64,000 nucleotides of DNA from NCBI GenBank assembly GCA_044344255.1, contig JBIJDH010000019.1:114107-178106 (forward strand), in the 5' to 3' direction. This document shows, piece by piece, positions 18,974 to 27,842 of this stretch. Position 1 is the stretch's first letter. Each line of letters opens with the position of its first letter. The notes under the pieces were generated by a model. The model had not been told where the DNA came from. It did not search any database and worked only from the letters and a program-made list of their open reading frames with translations. Position numbers and translations under genes: made by a program. Source of the stretch: Myxococcota bacterium (GTDB taxonomy: Bacteria; Myxococcota_A; UBA796; UBA2385).

Positions 18974-19834
18974 ATGCGGGAGGCGGAGCGAGGGGCGTGG
19001 ACCACCGAGGCGGAGCGGGTCATCGCCGCCCAGGCGGGCGAGGCGGCGGCCCTGGAGGCCCTCCTGCTCGGCGTCGCCCCCCGCGTGCGCCGCTTCGCCG
19101 GCTCGCTCTGCGACGACCCCGCCGACGCCGACGAGGTCGCCCAGGAGGCCCTGCTGAGCGCGGTCGTCGCCCTCCCGGGCCTGCGGGACCCCGCCGCCTT
19201 CCCCGCTTGGATCTTCGCCTTGACCCGGCGGCAGGCCGGCCGCCTCCGCAGGCGCGCCCGCCGCCGCCCCGAGGAGCCCTCCGAGGCCGCCGAGCGGGTG
19301 GCCGGGCGAGGAGATCCCGAGGGGGAGGCCTCCGCTGGCGAGCTGGGCGGGGCCTTCACCGCCGCGCTCGGCCGGCTGCCCGAGGGCCAGCGCGCGGTGG
19401 TGGTCTTACGAGACGTCGAGGGGCTCAGCGCCCAGGAGGTGGCCACCGCCCTCGACATCGAGGTCTCCACCGTCAAGACGCGCCTCCACCGCGGCCGAGC
19501 GGCCCTGCGCGCCGAGCTCTCCCCGCTGCTCTCTCCGCAGCCCCCCGCGCTGGAGTCCGCCGACGGTCGCCCGGCCGCCGCCTGCCCCGACGTGGTGAGC
19601 CGCTTCTCCCGTTACCTCGAGGGGGACATCGACCCCCAGACCTGCGACACGCTGCACGCCCACGTAGAAGGCTGCCCCGCCTGCAACGCGGCCTGCGCCT
19701 CGCTGCGCCGCTCGGTCTCCCTCTGCCACCGGGCGGGCCGAGAGGGCACGCTGCAGCCGGCCTTGCAGCGGCGGGTGCGCGAGGCGCTCCAGGCCGTCAT
19801 CTCGGGCTCCGAAAATTTCTCGGCTCCGGGGTGA
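18974..19834 (+). CDS. ECF sigma factor with fused C-terminal zf-HC2/ZAS-like domain
   Basis: DADEVAQEA (sigma2); LRDVEGLSAQEVA...TVKTRLHRGR (sigma4); C-terminal CPD...HAHVEGCPAC. Confidence 0.85.
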   Translation: MREAERGAWTTEAERVIAAQAGEAAALEALLLGVAPRVRRFAGSLCDDPADADEVAQEALLSAVVALPGLRDPAAFPAWIFALTRRQAGRLRRRARRRPEEPSEAAERVAGRGDPEGEASAGELGGAFTAALGRLPEGQRAVVVLRDVEGLSAQEVATALDIEVSTVKTRLHRGRAALRAELSPLLSPQPPALESADGRPAAACPDVVSRFSRYLEGDIDPQTCDTLHAHVEGCPACNAACASLRRSVSLCHRAGREGTLQPALQRRVREALQAVISGSENFSAPG

Positions 19835-19902
19835 ACCCTTCTTGGTCGAGCGGGCTCCTCCTCACCGAATGCAGCTCAGCTCGACCATCCTGGGAGCCCA
19901 TC

Positions 19903-20319
19903 GTGGACATCACCCTCTCCTTCCCCGGCGGAAAGCGTGTAGACGCCCACTTCGGCGCCTTCACCGTCACCACCGACCAGCCCCTCGACCTCGGCGGTGA
20001 GGACAGCGCGCCTGCGCCCTATGACCTCTTCCTCGCCTCGCTGGCTACCTGCGCCGGCATCTTCGCCCTCGGCTTCTGTCAGGCCCGCGGCCTCAAGACC
20101 GAGGGCCTCGCGGTGCGACAGACCGTCGAGCTCGACCCCACCACCCACCTCGCCACCACCGTCCACCTCACCGTCACACCCCCGATCGACTTCCCCGAGA
20201 AGTACCGCAGCACCCTGCTGCGCGTGGTCGAGGGCTGCAAGGTCAAGAAGTCTCTCATCAGTCCCCCTCAATTCGAAGTCTCTATCGCCCCCCTGGAGGA
20301 TTCATGTGTCGTCGCGTGA
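19903..20319 (+). CDS. OsmC-like protein
   Basis: TDQP..GG..APAPYDLFLASLATCAG and second Cys in CKV. Confidence 0.85.
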   Translation: MDITLSFPGGKRVDAHFGAFTVTTDQPLDLGGEDSAPAPYDLFLASLATCAGIFALGFCQARGLKTEGLAVRQTVELDPTTHLATTVHLTVTPPIDFPEKYRSTLLRVVEGCKVKKSLISPPQFEVSIAPLEDSCVVA

Positions 20320-20483
20320 CCTGTGATCGGTGCGGCAAGCCCACCTGGGCCGGCTGCGGAGCCCACGTCGAGCAGGTGCTGGGCGACGTCGCCGCCAAGG
20401 ATCGCTGCGCCTGCAAAGGCGAGGCCGCGGCCCCGAGCGCCAGCTCTCCCCTCGCCGCGCTGCGCAAGCTCTTCGGCGGCTGA
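20304..20483 (+). CDS. Small Cys-rich protein, 59 aa (MCRRVTCDRCGKPTWAGCGAHVEQVLGDV...RCAC)
   Basis: GGAGGA RBS; six Cys plus one His; not in the ORF track. Confidence 0.8.
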   Translation: MCRRVTCDRCGKPTWAGCGAHVEQVLGDVAAKDRCACKGEAAAPSASSPLAALRKLFGG

Positions 20484-20485
20484 GC

Positions 20486-21091
20486 TTAGATCTCGGACAG
20501 GCTGACCTCGGCCACGAAATCCATCGTGTGACCGTCGGCGGTCTTCGACCCCTCGAAGGCGAACTCGATCGGGGCGCTGCCGGTCCAGGTGCCGGTGATC
20601 GGGCTCGAGAAGGGCCCGAACTCGCCCATCCCCACGAAGGAGCTGCCGTCCTCCACGGAGAGGCCGATGTTCAAGGTGCCGTCGGCGTAGTCCGGGGCGC
20701 CCGCGGGGGCCCAGGTGCAGGAGAAGGTCCCGCTGCCGCCGACGCCCACGAAGGTGACCGCCGCTTCTCCCGTACAGGTGAAGTCGACGCCGTCGATCAC
20801 GGCGGTCACCACGGCGGGGCCGCTCCAGTCGCCGGTGAAGTCGGCGGGGCCGGTGCCGCCGTCGGTGCCGCCCCCGTCGGCGTCCGCGTCGGCGTCCGCG
20901 TCGGCGTCACTGTCGGCGTCCGCGTCGGCGTCAGCGTCACTGTCGGCGTCGGTGTCCGCGTCGGACTCCTCTCCGTTGGCCGCGGCCCCGCCGTCCGCGG
21001 TCGGTTCACAGGCGGCCTGCTCCTGGGTGCAGGCGGCGAGGCTGAGCAGCAAGGCGGCGGACACCGCCGAGAGAGGGGAGAGCAGGCGCAT
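20486..21091 (-). CDS. Hypothetical lipoprotein with DAD/DSD acidic linker
   Basis: SLAAC lipobox; (DA)n repeat; beta-rich C-terminal part. Confidence 0.75.
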   Translation of the reverse strand: MRLLSPLSAVSAALLLSLAACTQEQAACEPTADGGAAANGEESDADTDADSDADADADADSDADADADADADGGGTDGGTGPADFTGDWSGPAVVTAVIDGVDFTCTGEAAVTFVGVGGSGTFSCTWAPAGAPDYADGTLNIGLSVEDGSSFVGMGEFGPFSSPITGTWTGSAPIEFAFEGSKTADGHTMDFVAEVSLSEI

Positions 21092-21125
21092 TCGGGCTCC
21101 GGAGTGGCTCAGCCTACCATGGGGC

Positions 21126-22040
21126 TCACGAGACGTTGATGATCTCGACCTGCCGCGGGTCCATGCCGAGGCGGCGCTGGCCGGGGCGCGCCATCACCAC
21201 CTGCGCGGCCTGCTCCACCCCGGCTTGGGCGAGGTCTCTCCGCGCGCGGGAGATGTAGGTGTCGAGATGCTTCTTCTCGATCCCCGTCCGGCGGGCGAGG
21301 CGGTCGGTGTCGGCCCAGCCTTGATCGTGGGCGGGGGCGTCCCGGTCTTGCTGGCGCTCGATCGCCAACACCCAGAGCACGAACCAGTGCTGCCGCTCGC
21401 CGAGGTCGAGCGCTCGATCCCCTTGGACGACCGCGAGGCTCACGTGCTCTTGATCGCGGGAGATCGTGAAGCGCAGCCGGGCGGTGCCGAGGGCGACGGG
21501 CTCCTCGGTGGCCCCCACCGTCGTCCGGGAGCCCTCCGGCAGGAAGAGGCGGAAGGCGCCCCCAGCCTCGACGAGATCGCCGTCCGAGAGGGGGCGGAGC
21601 GCGTCGTCCTGCTCCATCATCCACTGGCCGAGCGCCGTGCGGAACAGCGTCGCGACCGGCGCCTCGGCGTTGGGCAGGAAGAGGAGATCGCCGGTGGCGA
21701 CCGCCGGGGCCCCCTCCCCGACCGGCAAGGCGAAGGCGGTGGGCGGGCCGTCGTCGTCGAGCTCCCACTCCCCGGCCTCCGGGTGGCCGAAGCAGAGGGT
21801 GTCCCCCCGACGGAGGCCCCGCTCCTCCTGCGGCGCGAGGCGCTGCCCCGACAGGGCGCTGCCGTTGCGGCTGCCGAGGTCGCGCAGCGTCCACCGCCCG
21901 CCGCCCCAGGCGAGGACCGCGTGCTCTCGGGAGACACGGAGGTGCTCGCTGCGGATGAGGCAGTGCGGCTCCCGCCCGACGAGCGTTCGAGCGGCGAGGA
22001 GGACGACGGCGCCATCGGCGCGGCGGAGGAGGCGGCCCAT
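21126..22040 (-). CDS. FHA-domain protein with C-terminal winged-HTH-like region (probable regulator)
   Basis: VGR...VSREHA...LRDLGSRNGS FHA motif; C-terminal LDTYISRARRDL. Confidence 0.8.
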   Translation of the reverse strand: MGRLLRRADGAVVLLAARTLVGREPHCLIRSEHLRVSREHAVLAWGGGRWTLRDLGSRNGSALSGQRLAPQEERGLRRGDTLCFGHPEAGEWELDDDGPPTAFALPVGEGAPAVATGDLLFLPNAEAPVATLFRTALGQWMMEQDDALRPLSDGDLVEAGGAFRLFLPEGSRTTVGATEEPVALGTARLRFTISRDQEHVSLAVVQGDRALDLGERQHWFVLWVLAIERQQDRDAPAHDQGWADTDRLARRTGIEKKHLDTYISRARRDLAQAGVEQAAQVVMARPGQRRLGMDPRQVEIINVS

Positions 22041-22226
22041 TCGCCCATCGTAGGCCGCTCGGCCCTCGGTTTCAAGGTCCGGGGCGCGCCGCGCTGTGGG
22101 CGCGTGTGGGTGCCCGCCGGCCGCTCGCGGCGATAGAGCTTCTGGGTCGGGAAGAACACCGCGGAATCGGCGAGACAGTACGCCCCGGGCCGGATATCCC
22201 TCACCGTCGTCGGATGTGGAGTCACC

Positions 22227-22754
22227 ATGATCGCGCTGCTGCTCGCCCTCACCTCGACCGCCTCGGCCGGGTTCCCCACCTTCAACGTCTGTGGGTCCCC
22301 GATCCCCTGCACGAAGCTCACGATCGGCGAGCCCCTGGGCATTCACGACCCCCCGAGCTGGGCCCTCGACAGCAAGGGCAACCTTGACCTCTCGGCCGCC
22401 GAGAGCGCGATGAAGACGGCCAGCGCCTCGCTCTCCAAGGGTGGCGCCGAGGCGGACGCCGCGAAGGCCCTCCTCTTCGCCGGCCAGGTCTACTTCGGTG
22501 AGCTCGCCGTCGCCCTCGACAAGCAGGCCGCCAGCCTCGCCGCCCTCTCGTTGAGCAGCACCACCCCCACCTGGTCGCTCACCTCCGGCAGCTGGTCCTT
22601 CAACCGCCAGTCGCTCGTCGTCGGCAGCGCGTCCCGCGTCGCCCGGAGCATCTCCACCGCCACCGAGCAGCGGATGTTCGTCCTGATCTTCTCCGAGGGC
22701 GCCGATCAGGCGGCCAACCTCGAGCTCGGGGCGGCGGACTACCTCGGCAAGTAA
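22227..22754 (+). CDS. Secreted hypothetical protein
   Basis: GGAG RBS; signal peptide ending ASA; CGSPIPC pair. Confidence 0.7.
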   Translation: MIALLLALTSTASAGFPTFNVCGSPIPCTKLTIGEPLGIHDPPSWALDSKGNLDLSAAESAMKTASASLSKGGAEADAAKALLFAGQVYFGELAVALDKQAASLAALSLSSTTPTWSLTSGSWSFNRQSLVVGSASRVARSISTATEQRMFVLIFSEGADQAANLELGAADYLGK

Positions 22755-22760
22755 GCCGTT

Positions 22761-22793
22761 CAGCGTAGGTCCTACAGCGTAGGCTCTACAGCG
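22761..22793. repeat. 14-bp tandem repeat, about 2.4 copies (CAGCGTAGGTCCTA/CAGCGTAGGCTCTA)
   Basis: Read directly; covers the kinase stop codon. Confidence 0.8.
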
Positions 22794-25161
22794 GTCGACA
22801 GAGCCGAAAGCCCACGCTCTGCGCCCGCTCGAGCGGAGAGACCCACCCGCGGGTGGCGAGGCGGACGAGCTGCGGGTGGGCGGACCAGCAGCCGCCGCGC
22901 AGCACCGGGTAGGCCCGAAAGGCCGCGGTGTCCCCGCCCCAGACGTTCTCGGTCCACTCGCGGATGCCGCCGGCGAGGTCGCCGACGCCGAAGGGGCTCT
23001 CATCGACGGGGCAGGCGCCGACCACCCAGGGGTTCGCGCGGGCCCCCTCGGCGTGGCTGTGCCGGTAGCAGGCCCAGGTGGGGTCGAGGAAGTCGCCCCA
23101 GGGGAAGCAGCGCCCGTCCGCCCCGCGGGCGGCGCGCTCCCAGACGTCCTCGCGGGGTAGCTGCCAGTCGAGCCCGTCGCGCCGGGAGAGCCAGTCCGCG
23201 TACGCGCGCGCAGCGGGCTGATCGATCAGGAAGACCGGCCAGTCGAGAAGCCAGACGTCGCCCTCGGCGTCGGGGACGAGGGAGAAACGCCGCCCATCCC
23301 ATCCGTAATGGAGGGCCCCGAGGCCGCCGTCGGCGCCGAGGCGCTCACGGGGGGCGTGGCGCAGGGCCTCGTCGACGCGGCCCTCTTCGACGAGGGCGTG
23401 CAAGAAGGTGAGGTACTCCCGGTTGGTGACCGGGAGCCGCTTCATCACGCAGCCCTCCACCCAGCCGCGGCCGCTGGGGGCGGTGTTGGCGGCCTCGGGA
23501 TCGCCGCCGAGCGCGGTCCAGCCGGGGGTGACGAGCCGATCCTCTGGCCCGAGCTCCCCGCTTCGCGGCAGGCGTAGGGGCCGCGGCGAGGCCTCTCCGG
23601 GCGCCCGCCCCTCTTCGTGCTGGAGGCGGCGGATGGAGACCGGGTGGAGGACCGTCGCGTGGCCCTCCGCCTCGATATGGAGGAGGTAGCTACCTTTTGG
23701 GAGGGAGACCTCCGAGAGGGGCGTGGGGCCGAGCTCCCGCTGGAAGACCGGCTGCAGGCGCCGGAGGCGGAGCTCGTACCGATAGAGGCGCACCTGCGCG
23801 CCCGGCGGATCGGTGACCAGGGAGAGGGTGCCCTCGCCGCGGAGATAGGCGGCGTGCGCGCCTTGGTCGTGGGCGCGGAGGTGCAGCTCCGCCTCGGCGG
23901 CGGCGGCGGCGTCCCCTCGGGCCTCCGCCCGCTCGTGCTCGAGCCGGAAGTGGTCCGCCAGGCGGAGGTGGGCCTCGGGGAGGCCGGGGGCATGGGTGAA
24001 GATCGCGTTCAAGACCTGCAGCCGCTGCGCATCGAGGAGGCGGGCCTCCTGCTCCTGGGCCTGCGCCTCGTCCTCCTCTGCCCACAGGTCGGCCTTCCGC
24101 TCCTCGGCCTCGGTGGCCCCGACCGCCCGCTGGAGCTCCGCCGCCCGCGCGCGTCGCTCCTGGGCCTCGGCGCGGAGCCGGGCGACCGAGGCGGCCATCT
24201 CGTCAGCCTGCTCGACGAGGCGGAGGCCGATCTCCCGCCGGCGCGCCCCGTCCAACCACCGGCTGAGCTCGAGGGCGAAGGCGCGGCCGTCGGCGGGGCG
24301 GTCTCCGGGCTCGGGGGCGGTCGAGGCGTCGATCAGCTCATGGAGGGCATCGACCTGATCCCGGTCTTCACCGATCGTCAGCCGGAGGATGCGCCCGAGC
24401 GCGAAGACGTCGGCTTGCGGCCCGAGGCCGTCCGCCTCCCCGCGCGCCTGCTCGGGCGCCATGAAGCCGGGGGTGCCGATCACCCCGCGGGTGAGGCCCG
24501 CCCCGCCGACCGTCCCCAGCAGGCCCTCCTCCGGCTCGGCCCCGATCTCCCGCGCGATGCCCCAGTCGAGCACGATGACCTCGCCGAGCTCCCCCACGCG
24601 GATGTTGTCGGGCTTGAGGTCGCGGTGGACCACCCCGCGGGCGTGCGCGTAGCCGACGGCCTCCGCCACCCGCACCAGCACCTGCAGCCGCGCGCGCAGC
24701 GTCCAGGGGCTCGGACGGCCCATCAGCCGCGCCCGCTCCACCTCGCGGAGCACCTCGGAGAAGGGCGCCCCCTCCACCCGCTTCATGGTGTAGTAGAGCC
24801 GCCCGTCGGCCAACGCGCCGATCTCGTGCACCGGGACGATGCCCGGGTGCTGCAGCCGGGCGGTGAGCCGGGCCTCCCGAAAGAAGCGCTCCCGCACCGC
24901 GGGGTGCTGGGCGATGGTCGGTAAGATCGCCTTCAGGGCGACGACACAGTCGAGCCGCGCGTCGCGGGCCGACCAGACCTCGCCCATCCCGCCGGCGCCG
25001 ATACGCTCGAGCAGCGTCAGGTGCGCCGGACCGGGCCCTGCGTCGGCCCCCGCCGCGGCCGCAGCGCCTTCAGACCAGGAGCCCCCGGTGGTCTCCGCCA
25101 CCGTCGGCGCGGCGCCCGAGGGCGGCCTCGACGGCCCATCGGGGTTCACCGGCAGCGCCAT
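22786..25161 (-). CDS. Hanks-type Ser/Thr kinase with coiled-coil, PEGA-like and FGE-sulfatase domains
   Basis: [52 protein letters not shown]. Confidence 0.9.
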   Translation of the reverse strand: MALPVNPDGPSRPPSGAAPTVAETTGGSWSEGAAAAAGADAGPGPAHLTLLERIGAGGMGEVWSARDARLDCVVALKAILPTIAQHPAVRERFFREARLTARLQHPGIVPVHEIGALADGRLYYTMKRVEGAPFSEVLREVERARLMGRPSPWTLRARLQVLVRVAEAVGYAHARGVVHRDLKPDNIRVGELGEVIVLDWGIAREIGAEPEEGLLGTVGGAGLTRGVIGTPGFMAPEQARGEADGLGPQADVFALGRILRLTIGEDRDQVDALHELIDASTAPEPGDRPADGRAFALELSRWLDGARRREIGLRLVEQADEMAASVARLRAEAQERRARAAELQRAVGATEAEERKADLWAEEDEAQAQEQEARLLDAQRLQVLNAIFTHAPGLPEAHLRLADHFRLEHERAEARGDAAAAAEAELHLRAHDQGAHAAYLRGEGTLSLVTDPPGAQVRLYRYELRLRRLQPVFQRELGPTPLSEVSLPKGSYLLHIEAEGHATVLHPVSIRRLQHEEGRAPGEASPRPLRLPRSGELGPEDRLVTPGWTALGGDPEAANTAPSGRGWVEGCVMKRLPVTNREYLTFLHALVEEGRVDEALRHAPRERLGADGGLGALHYGWDGRRFSLVPDAEGDVWLLDWPVFLIDQPAARAYADWLSRRDGLDWQLPREDVWERAARGADGRCFPWGDFLDPTWACYRHSHAEGARANPWVVGACPVDESPFGVGDLAGGIREWTENVWGGDTAAFRAYPVLRGGCWSAHPQLVRLATRGWVSPLERAQSVGFRLCRPL

Positions 25162-25182
25162 CGATCGCCTCCTCTTCGCCGC

Positions 25183-26499
25183 TCAGTGCGCCGCGAGCTC
25201 GGCCCTCACCGCCGCCGGTCGGGCACGCACCCAGTCCCGCATCGCGGCCTGGGCGTCCCGACACCCGTAATCACCATAGTTGCTGCGCGGATCGGCCCGA
25301 CAGTCGGCCTCGATGGCGGCGGTGGTCTCGTCCACATAGGCGGCGAGGTCGATGCCCTCCCAGGTGACGAGCACGGCCTCGATGGCGAGGTCGAGGGCGG
25401 CGCTGCACTCGGAGGAGGCGCGGCAGTCGATGCCGAGCCGGCCATAGAGGGACTGATAGACCTCCACCTCGGGCCTGCCGTCTTTGTAGAAGCTCTGATC
25501 GGGGCCCCAGGGTGTCAGCCACCACAGGCCGTCGGCGGTGCCGTGATAGAGCTGAAAGTTGTTCCCGTTCGTCGCGTAGGCGTCCACGTTGGAGGTGGCA
25601 ATCTCCCAGGCCATTAATGCGAGGAGCTCATCGCGGTGGAAGCGCTCACCGAGCATCGTATAGAAGGTGGCGGGTGTCGCCGCCTCGACGGCCTCGATCA
25701 GGGCGAGGAGATCGCTGCGATCTTCGACCTCGCCCATCGTCTCGGAGACCCCGAAATTGTCCTCCCGCCCGTTGTAGAGGTCAGCGCCATAGCCGCCCGA
25801 ATAGAGGTTGCCCTCGGGCTCGTCGGGGAAGGCCCGCTCGAGGAATTCTTCGTCCTGGGTCTCGACGACGCCGTAGAGGCCGAAGAGCTCGTCGTTCACC
25901 CACACGTTGGCGTAGCCGTGCCGGGGCCCCGGGATGCCGAGCGCGTCTCCCAGGTGGTAGGCCACGTGCTCGGCGGCCATGGTGGGGTCTTGGATCATCG
26001 AGTTGAGCGTGAGCCGCTTGACTCCGTGGAGCCGCGCGGCCTCATCCCACTCGTGGAAGTCGATCTTGAAGGAGGCCTTCTCCTCGAGGGTGCGGAAGGA
26101 GCCCGACTCGCTTCCCTTCAGGTGCAGGCCGGCGTCCAGGGTGGTGCCGCCGAAGGTGACGTCGGCGTGGACGTCGGCGCGAGGATCAGCGGTGAGCGCG
26201 GCCACGTCGTCGTCGTCGAGCGTGATGCAGAAGGCGAGGATCGTCCCGGCGTAGAGGAAGCCGTCTTGGGCCGCCTCGAGGTCGAGGCCCTCGGGCACCT
26301 GGTCACAAGGACCGTCACCACCGCCGTCGGTGCCATCCGTTCCATCGGCGCCGTCACCGCCGTCGGTGCCGTCGGTGCCATCCCCGCTGTCCGTGGCGCC
26401 GTCGTCGCCTCCCCCCGGCCACCCTTGCTCCTTGTCGTCTGAGCAGGCGATCGAAGAGGCACAGGCGAGGGTGAGGAGGACAGCGCTCGTGATCTTCAA
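25183..26499 (-). CDS. CotH-family kinase lipoprotein, catalytic motifs largely retained
   Basis: LKGS..SF...KASFKIDF, VWVNDELFGLYGVVE, NVDAY...NNFQLY, PWGPDQSF; SIAC lipobox; TTG start uncertain. Confidence 0.8.
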   Translation of the reverse strand: MKITSAVLLTLACASSIACSDDKEQGWPGGGDDGATDSGDGTDGTDGGDGADGTDGTDGGGDGPCDQVPEGLDLEAAQDGFLYAGTILAFCITLDDDDVAALTADPRADVHADVTFGGTTLDAGLHLKGSESGSFRTLEEKASFKIDFHEWDEAARLHGVKRLTLNSMIQDPTMAAEHVAYHLGDALGIPGPRHGYANVWVNDELFGLYGVVETQDEEFLERAFPDEPEGNLYSGGYGADLYNGREDNFGVSETMGEVEDRSDLLALIEAVEAATPATFYTMLGERFHRDELLALMAWEIATSNVDAYATNGNNFQLYHGTADGLWWLTPWGPDQSFYKDGRPEVEVYQSLYGRLGIDCRASSECSAALDLAIEAVLVTWEGIDLAAYVDETTAAIEADCRADPRSNYGDYGCRDAQAAMRDWVRARPAAVRAELAAH

Positions 26500-26540
26500 C
26501 GGGAGGCTCGCGGAGGGAGGGTCATCGGTGAATCGGCGGA

Positions 26541-27842
26541 TCAGCGCCGGCAGGCCCGGGCCGCCTCGCGGAGGGCCGGCGGCCGCACCGCCAAGCTGTC
26601 CTGTATCTGGATAATCTCGGCGCGCCATTCTTCGCGATCGAGTTGCGGATCGGCGGCGACGGGGTCCCAGAGGAAGGCGCCGAGCTCGCCCACCTCGTCG
26701 GCGAGGGCCGCCGAGTCGAGCTCCGCGGCCACCACCGACATCCGCTCGCAGTACCGCTCCGGGTAGAGATCCTGGAGCCGCGCGCCGAAGACCGGGGGGT
26801 GCAGCGCGAAGTCGGGGGAGTCGAGGGTGAAGAGGCCCTCCGTCGGATCGGGCAGGGCCCAGAGCTGGAAGGCCTGGCCGCTGGAGGCGGGGATCAGGCG
26901 GAGGCGCCCGTCCGCGGGGTCCTGATAGACCGAGTAGCCCACGGACTGGGTCGCGAAGCCCTGCACGTCGGGCAGCGCGAGGCCGAGGGCGAGGGCCGTG
27001 AGCCACTCATCGACGTCGATCCAAGACTCGACACAGGCCCGGGCCGCGTCTTCGTCGGCCTCCTCGCCGCAGGCCATCAGGGGGACGAGGCCGTCGAGCA
27101 GGGCCCGAGGGGACGTGTCGCCCACCGCCTCGTACTGCCCTGAGTAGTCGGCCTCGGCCTCGCCCTGGTAGGAGAGGTCGGAGCGCTCCCCGCAGGAGTC
27201 GGTGCTCTCGAAGAGGGGGCCGCTCGTGTCCTCGAAACGCGACGAGAGGTAAGCGCGGCTGCTCCGCTCCTCCGCCAAGGGATAGACCCCCTGGAGCTTG
27301 TCATTGACCCACAGCGCGGTGTACCCACCCCGCGGGGCCGCGAGGCCGAGGCGGCGGGCCACCCGGTTCGCCAGCAGGGATCGCGCGAGGGAGCGGTCCC
27401 CGCCGGTCCCGGCGAGGACGAGGGCCTCCTCACCGCCCAGGCCGCCCTCAGTGGGGTCAAAGCGGAGCCGGAAGCCGGTGCGCTCCCCCTTGGCCGCCGA
27501 GGCGGCGAGGGCGTCCAAGCCCTGGAGCTCCACGCCCACGCTGGAGAAGGACAGGGTGTCGCCCGTGGAGGGGTCCTTGAACTCCAGCTCGGTGGCGAGG
27601 GGCTCGGCGGCGAAGCAGGGGTCCGCCCCGCCGTCCGCCGCGTCGAGGAGGGCGGCCTCCCAGTCCTCCCCCGCGTCGATGCTCAGGTGCATCAGCGAGA
27701 GGGCGTCCTCGTCCCAGAGGGGGTCATCGCCGCGGATGAGCGAGGGCGCCCCGGGCTCGGCGCAGGCGGCCGAGACGAGGAGCGAGAGCAGCGACAGCCG
27801 GGGGAGCGCCATCCGGGGAGACCTCGAAACAGGCGAGCTCAT
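26541..27842 (-). CDS. CotH-family lipoprotein with degenerate catalytic motifs (probable pseudokinase)
   Basis: LWVNDKLQGVYPLAEE and APR..YT retained; DVQGF/SVGY and IPASSGQAF replace the catalytic motifs; ATGA overlap with bcsC. Confidence 0.7.
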   Translation of the reverse strand: MSSPVSRSPRMALPRLSLLSLLVSAACAEPGAPSLIRGDDPLWDEDALSLMHLSIDAGEDWEAALLDAADGGADPCFAAEPLATELEFKDPSTGDTLSFSSVGVELQGLDALAASAAKGERTGFRLRFDPTEGGLGGEEALVLAGTGGDRSLARSLLANRVARRLGLAAPRGGYTALWVNDKLQGVYPLAEERSSRAYLSSRFEDTSGPLFESTDSCGERSDLSYQGEAEADYSGQYEAVGDTSPRALLDGLVPLMACGEEADEDAARACVESWIDVDEWLTALALGLALPDVQGFATQSVGYSVYQDPADGRLRLIPASSGQAFQLWALPDPTEGLFTLDSPDFALHPPVFGARLQDLYPERYCERMSVVAAELDSAALADEVGELGAFLWDPVAADPQLDREEWRAEIIQIQDSLAVRPPALREAARACRR

